The position numbers and the translations under genes are program-made. Positions 11,727-22,000 of a stretch of DNA of 64,000 bases are shown piece after piece. Source of the stretch: Heterodontus francisci. Its lineage: Eukaryota. The notes beneath the pieces are model-generated. The model made no database searches. It was not told the DNA's origin and worked only from the letters and a program-made list of their open reading frames with translations. The number at the start of each line of letters is the position of its first letter. Position 1 is the first letter of the stretch. The stretch covers positions 3,024,832 to 3,088,831 of the forward strand of contig NC_090417.1 in NCBI RefSeq assembly GCF_036365525.1. The letters are read 5' to 3'.

Positions 11727-12070
11727 CTGCGGAACAGAAAAAGATTAAACACAGAAGGAAGTTGAGCCGACGTATCTTCTCAACGTGAAACACAGCCAGT
11801 GTAACAAGCTCAGAGGAACTTGTTAAAAGGCAAGAATTTTAAATCCACAAACCTCTCCCTCATGTATTTTCCCATTCCGGGATCAATTTTCACTCTGAAT
11901 ATTCTGAATAGAAACTCAATCAGGAAAAACTGAGTGAAAGGGAGCGATGTCTGAAAATCAGACTCCTACTCTACCTTACACAGCCTGTATATAGCTGATG
12001 GGCTAAGAACAGTCTGAATGCAAGTTAATCAGCTTTCTGTTGGCTAGGATCCTGAATCAGTTGATCTTAC

Positions 12071-12146
12071 CTTCTGCGCGGCCCCTGCAGCAGATCTTGT
12101 ATGTAATTTTGCCTTTCTATTGGGTATCCTCGGGATTTATTGAACA
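12071..12146 (-). CDS. DUSP11: DUSP11 exon 7
   Basis: (L)FNKSRGYPIERQNYIQDLLQGPRR; AG/GT junctions; 76 nt. Confidence 0.9.
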
Positions 12147-12238
12147 CTTGAGAGAAAGAATCAGGGGTTAAAAGATTTTAAAATGACAAAATCAGTGCAA
12201 CAGTCACACAAGACAACTGGTGAAAACCAAGAGCTTAC

Positions 12239-12285
12239 AATTTATTGCTTCACGAGGCTCCATCCCATCCACATCGATCAGGTAC
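12239..12285 (-). CDS. DUSP11: DUSP11 exon 6
   Basis: YLIDVDGMEPREAIN; tttcag| acceptor, |gtaagc donor; 47 nt. Confidence 0.9.
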
Positions 12286-12340
12286 CTGAAACAAACCAGA
12301 GACAGGAATCAGCAAGGCAGCAGTCAGCAGGATCACTGTC

Positions 12341-12760
12341 AGCCGTGGCTCAGACGGTAACACTCTTGTCTGTGTCAGGAGGTTGTGGGTTCAAATCCCA
12401 CTCCAGAGGCTTGAGATCAAAATCCAGGCTGACACTCCTTGTGTAGTACTGAGGGAGTGCTGCATTGTCGGAGGTGCCATCTTTCAGATGGGATGTTAAA
12501 CCGAGGCCCCATCTGCCCTCTCATGTGGGCATAAAAGATCCCATGAAACTATTTCAAAGAAGAGCAGGGGAGTTCTCCCCTGTGTCCTAGACAATATTTA
12601 TCCCTCAACCAACATCACAAAAACAGATTATCTGGTTATTTTCACACTGCTGCTTGTGGGATCTTGCTGTGCACAAACTGACTGCCGTGTTTCCTACAAC
12701 AGTGGCTACACTTCATTGGCTGTAAAGCACCTCGGAATGTCCTGAGGTTGTGAAACATAC
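12341..12760 (+). mobile_element. Deu-domain tRNA-derived SINE (SacSINE1-like)
   Basis: A-box-like tggctcagacgg, B box ggttcaaatcc, core gatgttaaaccgaggccccatctgccctctc. Related copies at ~8330, 14160, 33900, 49680, 51815, 58890. Confidence 0.75.
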
Positions 12761-13946
12761 ATTATTCAGTCAGCAGTCAAAGCCCAGTGTGCAAGACTCC
12801 TTTTTCACCCAATCACTAGCACAGCCAGTGCTGTGACTGGGTTTTTGAGATCACACACTAATATATCTGAGCAGAAAAACACACAGAAACCAACTGATGT
12901 TTACATGTCTCATCAGCTTCATTTAACACTCCTAACTCATTCCCTCCAAGTGCTGCCAGCTCTATTGAGAGCCCCATCCCCACTCATCATCATTGGTTGC
13001 TCTCTCCACACACAGCTCTGGTTTGGAACAACACAATGTGGAACTGCACAGCTGGAGGGTTGATAGTTCTGGTAGACAGAATGCATACAACACAGTGACA
13101 CTGCAAGAAGTGGAAGCTAACCCAGTGTTGCCAAACACGACACATTGGGGGAGAACGAGTAAGACAACCTTTGATCACAAACATATTTAAACAGACGTTA
13201 CAGTGAAATGTTTACTGTGTGAACAGTACATTATAGTTGGTCCCAACAAAGACTCTGCACAAACAGCAGTGTCAGTCCACACAAGTCATCTCCTGGATTA
13301 AACTAACCGAGGCGTTATCCGACAGGAGTCTCAGCCTTTCCTGCACAACTTCCCGGTTCATTCAGGAATCCTTCAGAGACACAAAATTTGAATTCTGATC
13401 TCGCTCGATCAACCAGTTTACCTGCACAGAACAGGAAGGTCTCGGATACAATCCCTGGCCTGGGCTGAGTTAGCGACACAGCCAGAACGGGTGTGGGAAA
13501 AGGGGCGAAGGAGGAGAAAATCAGAGAAGGATCCATGACTTTCCAGTAAGTGTGTATCAGAAATCAGCACGAGATTCAGATCAGATACACTTGCATCACA
13601 TCTGGAGGTGGATATAGTCGGATCCTTTAGGAGAGCAGGGAAGGTAATGGATGAGTTTCAAGTAAGAAAACAGACAGTGGTAGTAACCATCTGAATGAAC
13701 TGTGTGTCAATAAGCTCCCACGGCACCACCGATCTCTATGGATCTTGATGATTGAAGTGGGGTGCAGCGGCTACTGTCACTGTTACAGGCACTGAGCATC
13801 TTCATCGACATCACCCCCCACACACAAAAATAGCAGCAGCTTTCTCCTGGGAAATCCCATTCAAAGCAGCAGGGCGAGAAAACTGAGCTGCTCAACCACT
13901 TTCACATTACTCTTTGACACAGTTATTAACACACCAGACAACGTAC

Positions 13947-14007
13947 CTGCAAATTAGATAGCCAGTTCTGTTAACTCCGTGAGTGCAGTGAACTCCAACC
14001 AGTTTAT
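13947..14007 (-). CDS. DUSP11: DUSP11 exon 5, catalytic P-loop
   Basis: DKLVGVHCTHGVNRTGYLICR contains the HCTHGxNRT (CX5R) signature of PIR1/RNA triphosphatases; 61 nt. Confidence 0.95.
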
Positions 14008-14494
14008 CTACAAGTAGATGCACACAGAGAAAGCTTAAAAACACAGCGTACTCAGGTTTGACACCACCCCCCCACCCCCAACATAACGCCCTGCATCTTA
14101 CAGCATATGCCTGTGACGTGCCAGCAAACAGGCAGACTCTCCGACACATGGGCACTCAGTGTCACAGTACAGACTCTGCTCTGAAACAGAATGTTGGAGA
14201 GGACCAAGGGAGTGCCACACCGTCTGAGGGGCAGGACCGAGGGAGTGCCGCACCGTTGAAAGCGCCTCAGAGGTCCTGGCTGTCCTCTCAGATGGACGCA
14301 AGACATTTATTCGAAGAAGAGCTGGTGAGTTTTCCCTGGTACCCTGGCCAACATTTATCCTTCAACCAACGCACTTAAAAAAAAATCTCTTCATTCTCAC
14401 ATTGCTGTTTGTGGGATGTTACTGTGTAAATATTGGTTGGCATGTCTCCCTACATTACAACAGTGACTAGACGTCAAAAAAGTGCTTTATTAAG

Positions 14495-14960
14495 TGGGCG
14501 GCGCAGTGGTTAGCACCGCAGCCTCACAGCTCCAGCGACCCGTGTTCAATTCTGGGTACTGCCTGTGTGGAGTTTGCAAGTTCTCCCTGTGTCTGCGTGG
14601 GTTTTCTCTGGGTGCTCCGGTTTCCTCCCACAGCCAAAAGACTTGCAGGTTGATAGGTAAATTGGCCATTATAAATTGTCACTAGTAAAGGTAGGTGGTA
14701 GGGAAATATCGGGACAGGTGAGGATGTGGTAGGAATATGGGATTAGTGTTCTTTCTTTTGGGCCTCCTTATCTCGAGAGACAATGGATACGCGCCTGGAG
14801 GTGGTCAGTGGTTTGTGAAGCAGCGCCTGGAGTGGCTATAAAGGCCACCTATAAAGGGATTAGTGTAGGATTAGTATAAATGGGTGGTTAATGGTTGGCA
14901 CAGACCCGGTGGGCCGAAGGGCCTGTTTCAGTGCTGTATCTCTAAATCTAAAAAAAATCT
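14495..14960 (+). mobile_element. HE1-like V-SINE containing a nested antisense RTE-type fragment
   Basis: tRNA-derived head ggcgcagtggttagcac and V-domain gtgtggagtttgcaagttctccctgtgtctgcgtggg; insert at 14750-14855. Confidence 0.85.
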
Positions 14961-15029
14961 AAATTAAGCTCGACAAAACTTTGGGATGTCCTGAAAAGTG
15001 TTCTGCTTTCATCCCAGGGCCAAGCTTAC

Positions 15030-15153
15030 CATTGTCCACATTATCCAACAGGAATGTTCTGACAGCTTGTTTGAAAGTTAAAATGTTTTTCGCATTTGGC
15101 ACTTCATGTCCAGCAGTGAAAATCTTCTCAAAGAGCAAACCCTCCGGCAACTC
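15030..15153 (-). CDS. DUSP11: DUSP11 exon 4
   Basis: ELPEGLLFEKIFTAGHEVPNAKNILTFKQAVRTFLLDNVDN; 124 nt; AG/GT junctions. Confidence 0.92.
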
Positions 15154-15987
15154 CTAGAACCACAGAGAATACATTGAAAATTAACTGGTACGCCAACAGA
15201 GTTTCATGTCTGTGGAGTAAAGCAAGTGCAGATTCAGCAGTAACAAGCGATCCACCCTTGTACGCTGTCCGATGCTGTGCATTCACCCGGCCTCTACCCG
15301 CTGTTCTTCACCCCAGCTCCCTCCACACACCACCCATGTTTGGAATGACTCTACGCAAGGTGCTGTTTGCACTACAAACTTCACACAGCCACCATTACAC
15401 TTCACTGCAATCCTGCTCACAGCACTGGCAGTCTCAATGCTCACAGACTCTCTAATCGAAACTCTCCTCCGCTGCTCGTCCCCCCCAAATAAAATAATAA
15501 TTCCCCACTACAGTCTTACACACCACCTGGCTGGTGAAAGTGAGAACTACATTTCTGCTGGAGATAATAACCAATGATGCCGCTTAGTCTAATGACCCAC
15601 AACTTGGCTGAAACAAAGTTAAAATCCCCATCACACTCAATCCCCCGTTTATTATTTCTGGGGACGATTTCTAAATAATACATTTTTTTGAATGGGGAGA
15701 GAATCGGAAAAAAAATTAAATGGAATAAATAATGATATTGACCAAACTGTTTTCAAAAATCAAAACATGACAAATTTAGAAATAAGAAACTAGATTAAAG
15801 TCAAGAACTGTCATTCCTACACCAGCGGAAAGGTGAAACTATAACCCAAATAAGCAGCTGGCCTGAGATATTAGTCAGCCAAAGCCCTCAATCGCAACAA
15901 CTGGTACTAGTTTCAACAGTGAACAGAAATTCATAATAGTGTCCATCACCATCAGCAAAAGGTGAAAGCAGACACTTCTGTTGTTAC

Positions 15988-16119
15988 CTTAGGGTCGTAA
16001 TAACGCTTTGTAAAGGTAAGGTCAATGATTTTCCCCAATTCCTCTCTCTGCTCCTTAATCTGTCTCAGAAGGTCAGTCGGTGAGAAGACTTTGTTGGGTG
16101 GCAGGTGGCTTTCGAAGAC
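15988..16119 (-). CDS. DUSP11: DUSP11 exon 3
   Basis: VFESHLPPNKVFSPTDLLRQIKEQREELGKIIDLTFTKRYYDPK; 132 nt. Confidence 0.92.
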
Positions 16120-16149
16120 CTGAAACAAGCAAGCACACTTCAAGGCCAT

Positions 16150-16790
16150 GGAGATACAAGAACGGAAGGAGACCATATAGTCTCTCCAGCCAGTTCTGCC
16201 GTTCAGTGAGATCACAGCTGATCTGTGATGTACCTCCATATACCCGCCTTTTCCCCCTAATCCCTTGATATCCTAAGCTAAACAAAAATCTTTCAATCTC
16301 AGATTTAAAATAAACAGTTGATCGAGCATCACGTGTCATTTGTGGGAGAGAGTTTCAAACTTCTACCACCCTTTGTGTGTAGAGCTGTTTCCTAATTTCA
16401 CTCCTGAAAGGGCTGGCTCGAATATTTAGACTACGCTTCCAGTCCTAGACCCTGTAACCAACAGTCATTTCCCTCTATTTCCCCTATTTGTTCCCGATAA
16501 TATCTTGAAAAACGTCAATCAAACCACCCCATAACCTTCTAAATTCCAGGGAACACAACTCTAATCTGCATAATCTCTCCTCCTAATTTAACTCTTGGGA
16601 GTCCAGGTTCTGGTAAATCTATGATACACACCCTCCAAGGCCAATATGTCCGTACTAAGGTGTGGTGCCCAGAACTGCTCACAGTTCTCCAGGTGTGGTC
16701 TAACTAGGGCTTTGTATAGCTGAAGCAGGACTTCTATCCCATGTATTCTAGTCCTCTAGATATAAAGGCCAACATTCCATTAGCCTATTT
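16150..16790 (-). mobile_element. CR1 LINE 3' fragment
   Basis: Reverse complement of a CR1 RT C-terminus and 3' UTR. Confidence 0.75.
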
Positions 16791-16794
16791 AATC

Positions 16795-17640
16795 AACTGA
16801 AGCAGTCCGTGCAGAAATGCAGCAAGACCTGGACAATATCCAGGCTTGGGCTGATAAGTGGCAAGTAACATTTGCGCCACACAAGTGCCAGGCAATGACC
16901 ATCTCCACCGAGAGAGAATCTAACCATCTCCCCTTGACATTCAATGGCATTACCATCGCTGAATCCCCCACTATCAACATCCTGGGGGTGACCATTGACC
17001 AGAAACAAAACTGGAGCAGCCGTATAAATACTGTGGCTACGAGAGCAGGTCAGAGACTAGGAATCCTGCGGGGAGTAACTCACCTCCTGACTCCCCAAAG
17101 CCTGTTCACCATCTACAAGGCACAAGTCAGGACTGTGATGGAATACTCTCCACTTGCCCGGATGGGTGCAGCTCCAACTCAAGAAGCTTGACACCATGTA
17201 GAACAAGCAGCCCACTTGACTGGCACACCATGCACAAACATTCACACCTTCCACCACCGACGCACAGTGGCAGCAGTGTGTACCATCTACAAGATGCACT
17301 GCAGCAACGCACCGAGGCTCCTTAGACAGCACCTTCCAAACCCGTGACCTCTACCACCTCGAAGGACAAGAGTAGCAGATGCATGGGAACATCACCACCT
17401 GCAAGTTCCCGTCCAAGTCACACACCATCCTGACTTGGAACTACATCGCTGTGCCTTCACTGTCGCTGGGTCATAATCCTGGAACTCCTTTCCTATCAGC
17501 ACTGTGGGTATACCTACCTCACATGGACTGCAGCGGTTCAAGAAGACAGCTCATCACCACCTTCTCAAGGACAATTAGGGATGGGCAATAAATCCTGGCA
17601 TAGCCAGTGATACCCACATCCCATGAATGAATAAAAAAAA
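16795..17640 (+). mobile_element. Shark CR1/L2-group LINE 3' fragment
   Basis: QQDLDNIQAWADKWQVTFAPHKC...YKAQVRTVMEYSPLA; tail tgaatgaataaaaaaa. Confidence 0.85.
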
Positions 17641-17655
17641 AATCTTTCTTTATAC

Positions 17656-17731
17656 CTTCTTCAGTGGGACTTTAAATGCGATGAACCTGGTCCCCAGCAG
17701 CCTCCGTCCCACAGCAGAATATTCCTGCCAT
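17656..17731 (-). CDS. DUSP11: DUSP11 exon 2
   Basis: WQEYSAVGRRLLGTRFIAFKVPLKK; 76 nt; AG/GT junctions. Confidence 0.92.
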
Positions 17732-17989
17732 CTGCAGAGAGAAAGAGGGAAATATCAGACACACCAGCCGGAGACACAGCGTGGGGACCCAGGGCGATCT
17801 GGTGAGAGGTAAATCGGCTTGAAGTGATCCAAAAGCGTGCGGCATGATTCTGTGCAAATCAGGATGGGAAACACACCAGTGTCACAACCTGGATCAAAGG
17901 TCGGGAATGGGAATCACTACAACAAAGGAGGGAGGAAAGTAGGCTGGCCATGTCCTATAATATGGAATGAAGTGGTGGCAAGTGGCAGG

Positions 17990-18200
17990 AGCAAGTACCT
18001 AGTGCCCTCTGGCAATGGGAAAACACGAGGTGGCCATCCACAGAAACTACAAAGAACATTTGTTTCCAAGACAGTTTATCAACAACCTTTCTTTCCAAGA
18101 ACAATCCCACAGTGGAACAAGCTGGCACAGCAAACAATCTTGAAATTTACAAAACCCATCTTTAGATACTATACATCTATAAGGTTTACATGACCATGAC
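17990..18200 (+). mobile_element. Short 3' remnant of a divergent non-LTR element
   Basis: KTRGGHPQKL...FFPRTIPQWNKL resembles LINE ORF2 C-termini. Confidence 0.5.
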
Positions 18201-18366
18201 TACTATATCACAGGGTCATGTCTGGTTGAACCAAATTCCTAATTTAAACGGAATAGGGATGTTAGTTAGACTGTGACGCCAACACAACCGAAGCAGAAGA
18301 GTTTGGGGAGGGGCGACCCCAGGCTTACTCGCCCTGCCCGGGGAGGAAGGAATCAACAAGCCTCAC

Positions 18367-18392
18367 CTGTCCGGGATCTTGTTCTTACTCAT
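18367..18392 (-). CDS. DUSP11: DUSP11 exon 1 (coding part)
   Basis: gccATGagt Kozak context; MSKNKIPDR; donor AG|GTGAGG at 18366; joins exon 2 to give IPDRW. Confidence 0.85.
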
Positions 18393-18965
18393 GGCTCCGC
18401 TGGCCTCCCTCTTACTGCCCGCCACCACCACCACCAGGCCCAAACCCCGGCACCAGCGCCCGGCTGCAGCCATTGCGCAGGCGCACCAGCCACATCCCGG
18501 CGAGGGAAAAGAAAAAAAGGACAGGAGCGCCATCTTTGTGCGGGGCGGACAGGCCGTCGCCACACTGGGAGGGGCGGGAAAAGGGGGGCGCCATCTTTGT
18601 GCGGGGCAGCCAGGTGGGCCGTCGCCACACTGGGAGGGGCGGGAAAAGGGGGGCGCCATCTTTGTGCGGGGCCGCCAGGTGGGCCGTCGCCACACTGGGA
18701 GGGGCGGTTAAAGGGAGTGTGTCAGTACGTGCGGGGCACAGGCGTGGCCGCCATTCTGAGGGTGGCAAGAGCCGGCGCCATTTCTGTGAGGGGTAAAGTA
18801 ACAGCCGCCGTATCTGTGGGAGGCAAATGCAATCCTCCTCACTTGATAAAGCCCATCGGAATTATATATATTTGCAGGTTTTCAATCGTTCCTTTCCGAT
18901 AAATCACGCGCGCTTTTGCAGCACGTGGCGATTTTGTTTACAGCAGGAAGCCGGGGTGAAGGGTC
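18393..18965. promoter_or_regulatory. CpG island; DUSP11 promoter and probable shared BRF2 promoter
   Basis: NRF1 motif tgcgcaggcgca 18474-18485; YY1-type cgccatcttt at 18528, 18589, 18654; repeated ggggcggg GC boxes; 61-65 bp tandem units. Confidence 0.75.
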
Positions 18966-19089
18966 AGTGACACCATTCCTATTTCTCCAGCCAGAGCCTG
19001 AAAAACTCCTCATGGAAATGGAGGGACCGGGGAAGAGCAAGTGGCTATTCAAATTCAGCATTTCTTAGTGTGTCACTGTTTCGAAAGTG

Positions 19090-22000
19090 TCCTGGGCATG
19101 TGTTAAATATTTACAGGGGGTCCTCGGGAGTGTGTCAGTATTTACAGGGGGTCCTCGGGAGTGTGTCAGTATTTACAGGGGGTCTCCGGGGAGCGTGTCA
19201 GTATTTACAGGGGTTCTCCGGGAGTGTGTCGGTATTTACAGGGGGTCTCCGGGAGCGTGTCAGTATTTACAGGGGGTCTCCGGGGAGCGTGTCAGTATTT
19301 ACAGGGGTTCTCCGGGAGTGTGTCGGTATTTACTGGGGTTCTCCGGGAGCGTGTCAGTATTTACAGGGGGTCTCCGGGGAGCGTGTCAGTATTTACAGGG
19401 GTTCTCCGGGAGTGTGTCGGTATTTACAGGGGGTCTCCGGGGAGTGTGTCAGTATTTACAGGGGTTCTCCGGGAGTGTGTCAGTATTTACAGGGGTTCTC
19501 CGGGAGTGTGTCGGTATTTACAGGGGTTCTCCGGGAGTGTGTCGGTATTTACAGGGGGTCTCCGGGGAGTGTGTCGGTATTTACTGGGGTTCTCCGGGAG
19601 TGTGTCAGTATTTACTGGGGTTCTCCGGGAGTGTGTCAGTATTTACAGGGGGTCTCCGGGAGTGTGTCGGTATTTACTGGGGGTCTCCGGGAGTGTGTCA
19701 GTATTTACAGGGGGTCTCCGGGAGTGTGTCAGTATTTACTGGGGTTCTCTGGGAGTGTGTCAGTATTTACAGGGGTTCTCCGGGAGTGTGTCGGTATTTA
19801 CAGGGGGTCTCTGGGAGTGTGTCAGTATTTACAGGGGGTCTCCGGGAGTGTGTCAGTATTTACTGGGGTTCTCCGGGAGTGTGTCAGTATTTACAGGGGG
19901 TCCTCGGGAGTGTGTCGGTATTTACTGGGGGTCTCCGGGAGTGTGTCAGTATTTACTGGGGTTCTCCGGGAGTGTGTCAGTATTTACAGGCGTTCTCCTG
20001 GAGTGTGTCAGTATTTACAGGGGTTCTCCGGGAGTGTGTCGGTATTTACAGGGGTTCTCCGGGAGTGTGTCAGTATTTACTGGGGGTCTCCGGGAGTGTG
20101 TCAGTATTTACAGGGGGTCCTCGGGAGTGTGTCGGTATTTACAGGGGGTCCTCGGGAGTGTGTCGGTATTTACTGGGGTCTCCGGGAGTGTGTCAGTATT
20201 TACAGGGGGTCCCCGGGAGTGTGTCGGTATTTACAGGGGGTCCTCGGGAGTGTGTCGGTATTTACTGGGGGTCTCCAGGAGTGTGTCAGTATTTACAGGG
20301 GTTCTCCGGGAGTGTGTCAGTATTTACAGGGGTTCTCCGGGAGTGTGTCAGTATTTACAGGGGTTCTCCGGGAGTGTGTCGGTATTTACTGGGGTTCTCC
20401 GGGAGTGTGTCAGTATTTACTGGGGTTCTCCGGGAGTGTGTCAGTATTTACTGGGGGTCTCCGGGAGTGTGTCGGTATTTACTGGGGGTCTCCGGGAGTG
20501 TGTCAGTATTTACTGGGGTTCTCCGGGAGTGTGTCAGTATTTACTGGGGTTCTCCGGGAGTGTGTCAGTATTTACTGGGGTTCTCCGGGAGTGTGTCAGT
20601 ATTTCCAGGGGGTCCTCGGGAGTGTGTCGGTATTTACAGGGGTTCTCCGGGAGTGTGTCGGTATTTACAGGGGGTCCCCGGGAGTGTGTCAGTATTTGCA
20701 GGGGGTCCCCGGGAGTGTGTCAGTATTTGCAGGGGGTCCTCGGGATTGTGTCAGTATTTACAGGGGGTCCTCGGGAGTGTGTCAGTATTTACAGGGGGTC
20801 TCCGGGAGTGTGTCAGTATTTACAGGGGGTCCTCGGGAGTGTGTCAGTATTTACAGGGGTTCTCCGGGAGTGTGTCAGTATTTACAGGGGGTCTCCGGGA
20901 GTGTGTCAGTATTTACAGGGGGTCTCCGGGAGTGTGTCAGTATTTACAGGGGGTCTCCGGGAGTGTGTCAGTATTTACTGGGGTTCTCCGGGAGTGTGTC
21001 AGTATTTACAGGGGGTCTCCGGGAGTGTGTCGGTATTTACTGGGGTTCTCCGGGAGTGTGTCGGTATTTACAGGGGGTCCTCGGGAGTGTGTCAGTATTT
21101 ACAGGGAGTCTCCGGGAGTGTGTCAGTATTTACAGGGGGTCCTCGGGAGTGTGTCAGTATTTACAGGGGGTCTCCGGGAGTGTGTCGGTATTTACAGGGG
21201 GTCCTCGGGATTGTGTCGGTATTTACAGGGGGTCCTCGGGATTGTGTCAGTATTTACTGGGGTTCTCCGGGAGTGTGTCAGTATTTACAGGGGGTCTCCG
21301 GGAGTATGTCGGTATTTACAGGGGGTCTCCGGGAGTGTGTCAGTATTTACAGGGGGTCTCCGGGAGTGTGTCTGTATTTACTGGGGTTCTCCGGGAGTGT
21401 GTCGGTATTTACAGGGAGTCTCCGGGAGTGTGTCAGTATTTACAGGGGTTCTCCGGGAGTGTGTCACTATTTACAGGGGGTCTCCGGGAGTGTGTCAGTA
21501 TTTACTGGGGTTCTCCGGGAGTGTGTCGGTATTTACAGGGGGTCCTCGGGAGTGTGTCGGTATTTACAGGGGGTCCTCGGGATTGTGTCAGTATTTACTG
21601 GGGGTCTCTGGGAGTGTGTCAGTATTTACTGGGGTTTTCCGGGAGTGTGTCGGTATTTACAGGGGGTCTCCGGGAGTGTGTCAGTATTTACTGGGGTTCT
21701 CCGGGAGTGTGTCGGTATTTACAGGGGGTCCTCGGGAGTGTGTCGGTATTTACAGGGGGTCCTCGGGATTGTGTCAGTATTTACTGGGGGTCTCTGGGAG
21801 TGTGTCAGTATTTACTGGGGTTTTCCGGGAGTGTGTCAGTATTTACAGGTGTTCTCCGGGAGTGTGTCAGTATTTACAGGGGGTCCTCGGGAGTGTGTCG
21901 GTATTTACAGGGGGTCCTCGGGAGTGTGTCGGTATTTACTGGGGTTCTCCGGGAGTGTGTCAGTATTTACTGGGGGTCTCCGGGAGTGTGTCAGTATTTA

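Noticed and set aside
12341-12420. tRNA genes (also 14495-14560)
   Set aside because: tRNA-derived SINE heads continuing into SINE bodies; no complete cloverleaf
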